A stretch of 64,000 nt of DNA from positions 14,046,948-14,110,947 of the forward strand of contig NC_092673.1 of assembly GCF_964355755.1 (NCBI RefSeq). The letters are read 5' to 3'. Shown here one piece after another: positions 1 through 11,400 of the stretch (positions within the stretch are counted from its first letter, which is position 1; every line of letters starts with the position of its first letter). The notes under the pieces were generated by a model. The model was not told the origin of the DNA. It was given only the letters and a program-made list of their open reading frames with translations, and did not search any database. The position numbers were made by a program, and so were the translations under genes. Source of the stretch: Antedon mediterranea (Eukaryota; Animalia; Echinodermata).

Positions 1-19
1 TATACCGGAGAGTAATGGT

Positions 20-1243
20 CAGACCTTGATTTATAAATATAAGAGGAGAGCTCCTAATGGCTCTCCTCAATATGTTGAGGAGAGCCATTATTTTGATTAA
101 GTATTCGAGGCACAGGCCCACCATGGTTGGGCCTGTGGCGAGCCAAATTTTGACACCTCTAGATGGCCGGAAATGGTATTCTCGCACGTAAAATTCATCG
201 TAGGTCATTGTTCTCTGAACGTAGTCTACGATGTATTGTTATGATAATTATCTACGCGTCGATCGTAGGGTGGTTCGTAGGGTTAGTAAACACCATTGTC
301 ATCGCCTTTACTTTAGAAGCATGGACAATGCAAACAAACAATGTATTGTTTGCTAATTAAAATCCTATCTAAAGATAGTAGACGTCAATTTTTGTAGCCA
401 CCATAGCTAGGCCTACGCATCAGTTATCCTAATTTGGACGGAAATCTGCCGCCGACGAGACGACATCGGGTCCGTGGACCTCTCTGCTTACGCAGAGAGA
501 GAGAGTCGAGGCTATCTATCTAGTCTAGTTTCGGCGGCCTCTACACTATACATTATTTAATCCTACCTTGGGTTAGCGATTTATAAAAACAACGACACCT
601 AGGCTAGGACACCAACAAAATATATGCAAAATAAATAAATATATATTCCATATTAATTACTATAAGATTTAACATAAAGGCGACATGTGTATAAGAAAAG
701 GCCCGACCAGAATTTGGAGGGGAAAACATGTGAGCAGTTATTAAGATCAAGAGAGAGTGTTTCATGTCATGTGACACAAAATCCAGGTACACGATCTTAA
801 TTACTGTTTATCGTCGGCAGCCACCCTCACATACTGAGTTAAAAAAAAAACATGTGAGATGTTGCGGTAAAGCAGAGAGTATCGCGTTTCATGCCATGTG
901 ACCAAAAAAACTAGGTCTGTATAATTACGGTCTTCTGACGGCAGTCTTTTTGAGCTACCGATTGAACGTTCTGATACTATATTTAGAATGAATTGTTTAC
1001 GATATTTTTCTCGCAACATCAAAGATCGTAGGCGCGCCTAGCCTATCGGGGGTAGCCATAACAAAGATCGTTTGCGCGACTATAGACTGTGTGTTGTATT
1101 TGGGGTTAATATTCTTATTATTATATATATTTTTATGACGCACTGTAACAGGTTGGGGAGCGCTATTTTAGGCGCTCCTTTGATCGTTTTCAGGAGCGCC
1201 AAGGAGCGTCAGCGCCATGGCGCTCCTTTTAAATCAAGGTCTG
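20..1243. mobile_element. Non-autonomous TIR DNA transposon (hAT-like)
   Basis: 14-bp TIR CAGACCTTGATTTA (20-33) / TAAATCAAGGTCTG (1230-1243); 6-bp flanking duplication AATGGT (14-19, 1244-1249); no coding content. Confidence 0.65.
556..935 (+). repeat. Interspersed repeat, second copy at ~35843-36190
   Basis: Same-orientation near-identical blocks, e.g. TTTAATCCTACCTTGGGTTAGCGA...CTAGGTCTGTA..ATTACGGTCTTC. Confidence 0.8.
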
Positions 1244-1719
1244 AATGGTGTAATGATAATATCAGAATAGCATGTGATAGGCATGGATTAGAGGTTATCT
1301 GTACCATACTAGGCCTACTAAACTACTGTAATTTCATCATTAATTAGGCAAGCTCCTTTACTCTCATTGCCTTTACCTGAGGGACAATGTTGATTAATAA
1401 TATATAAAATAAATCACTATATTCAATTCTATATTACTTAAACTTTGTTTATTTCGTGCATTCGCCAAGCGGCCAACAGAGGGCGTAACTTGTTTACATC
1501 GTTCGCATGACTAAAAAATTATTTTCAAAATTTTTGCTTTACTGCATCTCTATCCCTACCACCTAGCCTATACTTATAGCCTATAGGCCTACCTATAGTA
1601 GGCCTAAAAGTAGTACTAGCTAGGCCTACCCCATCATAGGGAGCCCCCTGAAAATCAAGTTTGGGGCAAAAGCTTATTTTATGCTTATAAAATGCATATC
1701 AAAGCCGATAAATTTAAGT

Positions 1720-1840
1720 GTGCCGAATCGTATCAGCAGGGTCGAATCGTCCCGCTACCGAATCGCCCCGCCTACCAAATCATCCCACCAAGAGTGGGCC
1801 GAATCGTCTCAGTTCAGGGGGCCTAATCGTCCCGGATTCG
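1720..1840. repeat. Degenerate CCGAATCGTCC tandem units (probable MITE subterminal repeats)
   Basis: Repeated GAATCGT(C)C motif. Confidence 0.45.
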
Positions 1841-1978
1841 CGAGCATCTGAATCATGATAAAGTAAAAACATACAATACTGTACAGAAAGTATTCGGCTA
1901 TTTTCCAAATCCTTGACGACTATCACCAAAATCAAAAGATCATCATTCTTCTTTTACTTCTTGTTTGTTAAGTGTAGC

Positions 1979-2016
1979 CATGGAGTAAAGAATATTATTA
2001 TTCTTTACTCCATATG
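1979..2016. mobile_element. CATGG micro-palindrome with 7-bp TSD (P-like footprint)
   Basis: CATGGAGTAAAGAATA..TATTCTTTACTCCAT(AT)G flanked by GTGTAGC/ATGTAGC. Confidence 0.55.
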
Positions 2017-2249
2017 ATGTAGCCTAGGCCCTACCGCTGCTGAAAATCATATACATGGTGCATGGCATGGCATGTTCGTCGCACACGTCACACGACACAC
2101 ACACATGTACAGTCTATGGGCGGCTAAATAGGACAATTAGCCACGAACTTAAAAGTAACTCGAAACTTATGACCGACTTAAAAACCTTAGAACAAACTTT
2201 TGATCGATTAACAGCATCTTAACCAGCAGTCAGTCGTATGGCAGTTCCT

Positions 2250-3150
2250 TAGATTTGTGATTTCCTTTTTCGGAGGAAACAGTCATAATTTAGATCCCAT
2301 TTTATCAAAGAGTAATCAAGCAAAGATGATTTTCTTACTACAACTTCTTGTTTCCAAAAAGTAGAATACGATTGTTTAATTGTATTTTCAAATGGCTTGA
2401 CCCAGTTTATATCAATCTCAGTACCTGTACATATATCATTAAGAATGGCATTGAAATCGAACTTAATATAATCACAAGTTTTTTTCAAATTCATTAATAA
2501 ATTGGTACCTTGAATTAAAATTCTAATAATCTATTTAATATAAGTTTTGGCCAACGATTCATTGATTTATACACATAATATTTCTTATATATTTTGCTTT
2601 AAAAATATCCTGAGTTACTTTAATTGGTTGCCAACCTAGATTGCCATAAAGTTTCTCTTTTGCAGTGCTTTTACTCGCTTTAAGAATTGTTCGCGTCATT
2701 TGTAATTGAAGAGACTCAACTATTTGTATGTCTTTAGTATTTGTATTAACACATACAGCACAAGCAATACTTCTACAAAGGATATCTCCATATACAACAC
2801 GATTGTTGAGTCTATCTATAATAGATTTAATGTACGCAGTGATCCTATTACCCTTTTTGATAACTTGATTAATGTGGAAATTGTCTTTTAGATTTCTAGA
2901 AATGTAGGCCTATACACCAAGATACTTATATGTTTCAACTTCAGATATAAAAGTATCCTCCAATTTCCAGTTTTTCACTATTCAAATTCTGGCCAATCAA
3001 AAAAAATTGACTTTTCACTATTAAAATTAAATTTCCGTTTTTAGCAAATAAGGATACTAAATCTAACATTTTATTGAGTTCTTTTTCGCTGTAATCTGCT
3101 AAAAGTACGATATCGTCGGCCCAACAAAGGCTACCAAGGCAGATATCGTG
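2250..3150 (-). mobile_element. Decayed non-LTR retrotransposon RT fragment
   Basis: WADDIVLLA (YADD box) in ORF 2941-3219, followed by YKYLGV near 2930-2912; many stops. Confidence 0.7.
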
Positions 3151-3775
3151 TGTATGCGCACACCTAAGTAGTAATAGATGTGAGTCTAGCCCCCGATTAG
3201 GGCGTTTGAGGGAGATCACAGTTAATCCTATTTATTATAATTAATACAATGGTTAACAATGGTAAAGAAATTGAGTTGGTGTGTATTTTAAATAACGGTA
3301 ATTTCAAAATGGGTTAAGTATGCATGTTGTATTTGTATTTAAGACATAAGTAATTTAGTCCGGATATATTTAGTTGATGACGTCATGATGTGTTTTGAAT
3401 TGTGACGTCATACAAGATGATAGTTTCACTATTTTCAATGGTAAGAAAGTAAGACAATTGAGTTGTTATGTATTTTGAATTATTGTTGTAGTTACACTTG
3501 CTTGAGCTATTCCGACATGTAGGCGTAAGTAATTTAGTCCGGATATTTAGGATTTTAAAAAAATGGTTATTTTACGTAAATCAGATTCAATGAATGGTGT
3601 CCTTATTAATCTTTACCGACATGTGATTAACCATTCTCCGGAAATGTTAACAAATAGCAGCATCGGAAATATAAGCAAAATGTGTGTTATGTGCGCATGT
3701 AAATTGTGCTACAGTAATCATTTATATCGAATCGTACGCTACTGACGCATACAATTATATTCTCTGTATAAGGTT

Positions 3776-3819
3776 CATGGATTAAGGAATAGATTCTAGA
3801 TTCTATTCTTTAATCCATG
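3776..3819. mobile_element. 44-bp CATGG palindrome with 8-bp TSD (P-like footprint)
   Basis: CATGGATTAAGGAATAGA...TCTATTCTTTAATCCATG flanked by ATAAGGTT (3768-3775, 3820-3827). Confidence 0.7.
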
Positions 3820-4062
3820 ATAAGGTTGTAGTCAAAATAGACATTTCAGTAGATCTCTACCAGAATGAATGCCTATAAACCAACAGTTGATTTTACCCAT
3901 TCCAAAATAAAATCTACAAAATGCAACGTACCTTCTGAAAATGTAAAGGATGACTACACAGATACCAACAGAGGCACGTAAAAGTAATAAAATATATTTC
4001 ACTCGGAAGCTAATCAAATCAGATCAGCAGCAGATGATTTAACATATTTTGTTATTTTCCAG

Positions 4063-4260
4063 TACACAAAATATCGAGAAAAAATTTAGATTGTGATTAA
4101 ATTCAACTTCTTGATAAAAAAAATCAGCTGATACTTTGTACATGGAGGAAATTTCCTCTATGCTTTGTATAAACAATGTGAAGAAGAGATTGACTATTTT
4201 ACAGGTGATCTTGCAAAGGTGAAAGTTTTTGGTAGATGGTTTAATATACCTAGAAAACAG
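4063..4260 (+). pseudogene. ALKBH2: Isolated decayed exon of AlkB homolog 2 DNA dioxygenase
   Basis: AG acceptor 4061-62, GT donor 4261; reads NLDCD*IQLLDKK/SADTLYKQCEEEIDYFTGDLAKVKVFGRWFNIPRKQ, matching ALKBH2 (..EVEYFTGALARVQVFGKW..PRKQ); stop, frameshift and insertion; no further exons seen. Confidence 0.8.
4141..4162. mobile_element. 22-bp CATRG palindrome with 7-bp TSD inside the ALKBH2 exon
   Basis: CTTTGTA-CATGGAGGAAATTTCCTCTATG-CTTTGTA; removing it plus one TSD restores ADTLYKQCEEE. Confidence 0.8.
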
Positions 4261-4309
4261 GTTAGTTTCTCTTTATTTTTCTTCATGGTTTCATGACGAT
4301 AATGTAGGC

Positions 4310-6506
4310 TACATACTATTACGTTTAATGATGTTATTGCTACCACTGAATCTTGGCTACAGTATGACAATAATCCCCTAACAGATATGCCGGGTTATAA
4401 TATTTTTTCCAGAAATAGGAAATCTAAGGCGGGTGGTGGTGTAGCCCTGTACGTACGAAACAATGTATCAGTTACTGTCCATAATGATTTAACAACAGAT
4501 GAATCAATATGTGAATCGATATTTATTGAAATAGAACATATACATGGGAAAAATATCATCGTGGGAACAATCTATCGTGCTCCGTCTTGGAATATCAATG
4601 CATTCAATGATATCTTTAATTAATTTACTTCATACTCTTTCAATTGAAAATAAACTGGTATATCTGGTGATTTCAATATAGATATTTTGCAATGAAACCA
4701 CAATTAACAATTTTGTAAACACTCTTTTTAGCAACATTTATTTACCGTTAATACTTAGACATACTAGGATAACATCAGCCTGATTTACACCTCGCTAGTG
4801 GTCAGCTCTATTGCGACATTTCCGATCACAACCTGTTTTTTTTTATAATATCTTTAAAGCAGGTAAAAAGGACACTTTATCTAATTACCGACCGATCTCA
4901 GTCCTTTTGATATTTTCTAAAATATTAGAAAGAATTATCTATAATAGAACCTATGCCTTTATGAAAAAAACAATATTCTTTTAATTAATAAGCAATTTGG
5001 ATTTCGCAAAAAGTTTGATACCGCTATGGCCTTAATTGATTTGTCCAATGAAATAATAGATGCATTTGAAAATGATAAGTTTGGTGTTTTTGTAGATCTA
5101 TTCAAAGGCATTTGATACAATTAACCATCCCATTCTTCTTTCAAAACTGTATCATTATGGTATTCGCGGTGTTCCTCTCAATTTGTTTAAGAACTATTTA
5201 TCCAACCGCTACCAATGTATAGTTGTGACTCACAATCTGACTATTTGCCTATTAGCTGTGGAGTACCACAAGGTTCATTACTAGGTCCTCTTCTGTTTCT
5301 TTTATATGTGAATGATATTTACAATTCGTCAGTATCTTTATCTTATTTTTTATATTCAGATGACACAACACTAAATCTGTAAAAATCGACACTTAGAGTC
5401 GTTATTTAACACTTTAAATACAAGTTTAATTAATGTATCCGAATGGTTTCTGGCAAATAGCCTTTCTGTAAATTAAAACGTGCAGCTATGTTTTGTTTAG
5501 AAGTAGTCCGATGCCGGTTAAATTAGGTCCATTGCAAATTAAACTAAATGGTTTTGTTCTCCCCATGTTCAATCATGCTAAATTTTTGGGTGTACACATT
5601 GATAGTCGTCTGACATGGAAACCCCATATTATTGAGACAGAAAACAAAATCTCAAAAAAAATTGGTAAAATTTGTAGACTGGCATTTCTTCCACATCATA
5701 TTCTCCAAACACTTTACTGCTCCCTTGTTTTGCCATATCTTTTATATTACAATATCGTTTGGTGTAACACATTCCCATCTAATTTAAATAAACTTCAAAT
5801 ACTATAAAAGAAATCATACGAATAATTTCGAATGTTTCACCTAGAACTAGTACAAATCCTTTATTTCGTTCTCTTAAATTATTAAAATTGATATATGAGA
5901 TGATTGATATTAATATTTTTCAACAATGTTTATTTATTTACAAAAGCCAAAATGCTCTTCTTCCGTCTTATTTACGCGATATTTTTTCACCTAATTATGA
6001 ATTTCACGGCTATTCTACAAGAATTCTCAATAACCTTCATATTCCTAAACACAAAAAGACTTCTTTTCAACATAATATTAGATTTACTAGACCCAAGATA
6101 TGGAACTCACTTCTTAACAAAATTACAACTTCTGCAAACAAACATAGCTTCATCTTTAACACTAAACAATATTTTAATACAAAAGTGATTAGATATATTC
6201 TAGGTATTAGTTTTTATTGTTTTCATATTCCGTTATGGTAATTACTTTATTCCTATTATACCATTTACCATTATTTACTAATTTGATTTTAATTATTTTT
6301 TGTTTTTGTTCAGGCACTTTCAACACAAGCTTTTGCTTTCCAGAAATTGTGCCTCCTTCATAATATAGTTTTATTCATTAAAAAAATATATATATATATA
6401 TATATATATGTATTGTTTTAACTACCTTACTTCTTATGAATTTTGTATTATTTATATTTTGTATATTATGAAGGAAATAAATGTTACTATGAAATGAAAT
6501 GAAATA
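4310..6506 (+). mobile_element. Decayed L2/CR1-clade LINE (APE endonuclease + RT), internally deleted
   Basis: ATTESWL, GGGVALY, IYRAP, GDFNID (endonuclease); NYRPISVL, QFGFR, AFDTINH, GVPQGSLLGPLLF, YSDDT, KFLGVHID (RT); (GAAAT)n tail ~6491-6505. Confidence 0.9.
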
Positions 6507-7330
6507 GGCATTTCTCTCCACATGACATAAATCTATCATGGAGTAAAATTAAAGTTGCTGGAGTAAAAAGGTCACCAATGGAATATGCCTATCTGTCCTA
6601 TTCAGTGTGACCAGTGTGTTATGTGATCGGCAGAAGTCGTCTATTTGTGCGCTAACTTTGATTGTATTCTATGAATGCAGTCACGGACAAGGTTCTGATT
6701 CACTTATGGTTGTCATAATGATAGTAAAAAGACAAGAACAAATGAAACTATAAAGTCAGTTTGGAGCGAAATTGATCAAGTCACATCTACATTTGTAATG
6801 CAATGATTTATTGATAGCGAAATTGATTATATGCAACGTATGCAAATAATTCCTGAAACTATGTTGTTTTGGCAAATTGTTCCGAATGTTTTGCTATTTC
6901 CGGGAGCGGAAGTGACGTCAATACAATAATACAACAATATCATAAATTGGTTTCTGTATATATTCTTATTCTCCAAGTCAAGACCTTTGAAATGACACCA
7001 AACACGGCTATATTACGACGAAAATCGTTTGGCACAAAGGTACCATCTATGAGACGTCATATGGCTGCATCCGGTTTGAAAGAAAAAAATAGCTTTGAGG
7101 ACATGTCCCTGTAGTATATCCATGCCAAATCCCAGCTCAATACTACAACAAATAAGGGAGGAGTAGTACAGTACTTTATAAATCGCACTTCTTTCGATTG
7201 GTACCATGTTTATGACGTAATAATTCTGCATTCGGTTGAAGTACGAACATTTTCTCTCTATAGCTTTGTTCACCTATTACCCTAGTATAGGCCTATGCAT
7301 GCCATGTTTCTGAACCGTCAGACGACGCGT

Positions 7331-7690
7331 AATCAATCGATCAATCAATCAATCAATTGATCAGATTTATATAGCGCCAGTATCCATAATAATGTTCAAA
7401 GGCGCTTGACAAAGTTAAGCAGGAAATGCCTCTGTGTAAAAATGGGTTTTTAGTCGTGTTTTGAAAGTGTTGATGTTTTCAGATGTCTTTATGTCGATTG
7501 GCAGTTTATCCACAAAATGGGTGCTGCACAGGAAAATGCACGATGGCCATATGTCTGAAGTTTCCATTTAGGAACATGAAGGAGAAGTTTATTTGATGAA
7601 CGCAGTGTACGAGACAAGGTGTAAAGTACAAGAAGATCAGCAATATACTGAGGTGCAAGTCCATTTAGAGCGTAAAAAGAACTAGTAGGA
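7331..7690 (-). mobile_element. L2/CR1 LINE 3' fragment
   Basis: GLAPQYIADLL..SRTLRSS..YGHRAFSCAAP.LW ORF2 C-terminus; (ATTG)n tail at 7331-7360. Confidence 0.8.
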
Positions 7691-7770
7691 CTTGAAATTT
7701 GGCTCAAAAGAAAGAAGAGGAAGAGGAGAACATGAGCGAATACTAGAATCGGGTACCGCGAGTAAAAAAT

Positions 7771-8388
7771 AAGTAAATTTAAGATTTCTATAATCCGGAA
7801 GCAGTTGTGAAAGACCTTTTAATTTCGCTTGATGAAAACGAAAGCGCCATAGGCCCATATTGTTTGTAAACGACTCAAAGATGTTTGCAGCACAAACAGA
7901 AATTTGGTGGTTTAATTTGAGAAAGACAAAAAAAACCTGTGCTTGATTAGGCCTACTACAAAATTAGTTTTTTTGTGCATTTTGTTTCATAGTATACGGA
8001 AATAATAAGAATAGTCGTAACGATCAATGTTTTGTGCTGAATAATTTTGGTGGCTATTTATGATAAAATGATAGCTTGGTTGATTAGATTTGGTCGAATT
8101 ATATATATCAAATAAATTGTATAATAATAATACTACTAGCAAGTTCGATTGGATCGATTAATACGAAATTATAATAAAACATTAAGAATGTATAACAATG
8201 GTATATTTGACTTTAATTACATATTGCCTTTCAAACTCATCTCAAATATGTGTGATATTATCTCTCAACTAATTCGTCAAGAAAGTAGTTGAATGGTTTG
8301 GTGATGTAGATGATCTCGTCTCCAGCATAAAGTATACCGAAACAGTTCAACTCAGTACTCCATGATGAAATCGAAGATTTTATTATAC
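7771..8388 (+). promoter_or_regulatory. Upstream/5' region of the adhesion GPCR, duplicated at 21861-22643
   Basis: ~600-bp block directly before ATG 8362, repeated in the same orientation after the gene. Confidence 0.6.
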
Positions 8389-8431
8389 TATGCTTTATTT
8401 TACGTCTTTACTTATCATTTAGCCTACAGTG
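8362..8431 (+). CDS. aGPCR exon 1, signal peptide
   Basis: MMKSKILLYYALFYVFTYHLAYS, donor GTGAGT, phase 1. Confidence 0.8.
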
Positions 8432-11400
8432 GTGAGTATTTTTTTTACGTGCAGTTTTACTTCAGTAGCAATTAACCCTAAACGGAAACGTTTTATCAAT
8501 GAATTTTGACGTAAACATTGTTAATTTGTATTCTTTCTGAAAGGTAGATGAATTTTAAATTAAATTTTCAAATGAAAACACAATTAAAGATTTATAGAAT
8601 CATTATTAGAAATAGAAACAACTTTAAACAATGATAAACGTTTATTAAATATAGGCCTATGCTTAAAACTGTGTTAAATCTACAACTTTGTGTTGATATG
8701 TGTGTTGGTATCTCTATAGTGAATAATTGTAGATGTTATGGCAAGCATACAAAGCGTGCAATATTATTTGCATTTTCTCACGTAATAATGGTAAATCTAT
8801 CCGTAGTTATTGTGTAAGTTTATATGAAAATGTGTGTTTTACGAATTTGTTTTGTTAATATTCAAGATATACTTGAATGTCCGTCTACTGTTAATGTCTC
8901 TACCGATCCTGGAGAACACACAGCTTCGGTAGATTTTAAAAATATAATAGCAATACATCCAACGAACAGTTCAGGACCATTAACTATTTTCCCATCATTT
9001 GGTCAATATGGAATTGGAAAAGGCGATACTGTCTTCAGAGCTACTGATCAGGAATGAAACTACACAGGCCTATCGTGTACAATTGAAATAAATGTCCAAG
9101 GTGAGAACATAAAAACCAGGTACAGTAATGTAATTGACTCTGATAATATGAAGATGAAAATTAAAACGCAAAACTGCACGTGTTTAAAGCTTGTTTCCCA
9201 CTAGAACGCAATGCAGCGACTCAACGACGCAAAGTGTTGTACTAAGCTCTGTCTACACTATCAAACTTTAGACATATGTGACAAACAAATGTGATGTGGC
9301 CATATATGGTAGTGATATCTTTAAAATATGGTAGTTATATAAGATCATCATGTCCATATATATGGGCACATCACATTTTTTTTGTCAAATAAAGTTTGAT
9401 AGTGTAGACAGAGCTTTACTTAATCACAAGTGGGAACTGGAAACGCAAGTGCTTCAAAACGCAACGTCGATAAAGGGTCTTTCACACCTGTTCCAACACG
9501 GTTCCGGTCCGTCGAATCGGACATCAATGTTCCGTTTTCAAGACGCTCCACGCGGCTATGCGCCAATTGATGATATGCGCGTAGCCGCTTGAAAACGAAA
9601 CATTGACGTTCAATTGGATTTTCCGCCGGCGCCGGACTAGAACCGTGCCGGAACAGGTGTGAAAGACCCTTAGCGCAGCAACGCGTAGTGCAGCGCAAGG
9701 TGAAGTGAAAGTCTACGGCAACTAAATGTTGACGCAAATCAAGCAGGTTAAAAGCAGAATTAAATTTGGAAGAAGGGAATTTTAAGTTAAGTCGGTACAA
9801 CGCAAGTGAGTTAGTGTGTATTAGTGGAAAACCAAGCTTTAAAAGATTCCCTGGTCTGTTTTTTTTAATAGGCCTAAGCATTATAGTATTAATCAAATGA
9901 GCTGTTATGCTAAATTGTTAACGTACGGTGTAATTTGAATATATTATAGGCCTACTACTACTACTCACCGAGTGTTGGAATTATAATGATTCAATATAGT
10001 CATTTCTGTTTTGACCTTCATTAGGCCTACACATGACAAAATTAAATTTGTTTTTCATTAAAATTACATATTAGATACAGAGGTTCCTGTACTTGACTGT
10101 CCACGTAACTTTACCGAAATTCTGGGTGTAGATGAGACCACACGAAAAATAGAATGTGGATATATGATTTCCGTAACTGACAACTCAAGAGAAATGCTCA
10201 CGTACAACCCAATCCTTTCTTCATTGTTTCCTACTTATCTTCCTGCTGGAAAGAAGAGATATCAGTTTACAGCAATTGATTCGTCGGGAAATGTCGGTAG
10301 CTGTACTTTCACAATAACAGTTGTCGGTAGGTAACAATAAAAATCGACTTTATAAATATTACAATACCCTACTAGGCCTATACCATTATCAAGATGAACT
10401 CGTCATTCAAAGTTGGAGGCGCTAACATATTGAATAACCTACCAATTGAAATTAAATATTCCCCAACAATTGCTTCATTCAAAGTTAGATATCGATCTAA
10501 AACAACTAAACATTTAAACAAAATTAAGACAAGACCATAGGTTTTTTTTGCCTGATTTAAATAAATATTACATTTGACGATCCACATTAATAGTTAATGT
10601 GACATTTAACATATAACAATAAGTTAGTTGGAATTCACCGTTTATACGACTCCAACGCTGAGCACTAAACAACATTTGTATAAATCATATTGACAACAAT
10701 TGAATACATTTCTTTTTGTAGATGTAACACCACCTGTACTTTACTGTCCAACTGGTGGTAATTTTACTACCGATCCTGGAAGCGCCACGGCTTCCATTGA
10801 TTATTCAGATGAAATAACCGCAACTGATAACTCAGAACAAATAGACGTAACGCCTCGTCCAATTGACGCATTTCCGACGGATATTCCAATTGGACGCACT
10901 GAATTTCATTTCAAAGCTATAGACTCGAGTGAGAATGAAGTAGCGTGTTTAGTGGTAATAATTGTAGAAGGTGAATATTCTTTGAGAAATAATTACAAAT
11001 GAAAAGAATTTAACCCTAAATGTAAACTTTGAATGACACCAGTTTTTTATTTGTTGAACAAGAAAATTGTACATGGAAAGTTGTTACATAGTATTCAGCA
11101 TACAGTACTGCATATTCAGCTGCAAATTAATGTAACAGATTATCACATTTTTAGCGAATTTTTAGTAATAAATTCTTTTATATACCTTTAAAGATCTTAC
11201 AGCTTTTTCTTATGTTTAAGTTGTATTTAAATATTATTATTTGGTCTTACTGTAAACATTGCAATGGATAAATCATTTATTTATCTTATCTTATTTTTAA
11301 TAGACAAAGAACCGCCTTCGTGTCCACCTGGTAGTGGGAATTTTACTACCAATATTGGAAGAAGCAATGCTACGATTGATATCTCAACTACATTTTACGC

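Noticed and set aside
9055-9057. Selenocysteine recoding of the TGA
   Set aside because: The position is Gly rather than Cys in most paralogous HYR exons, and no SECIS was recognised in the 3' UTR
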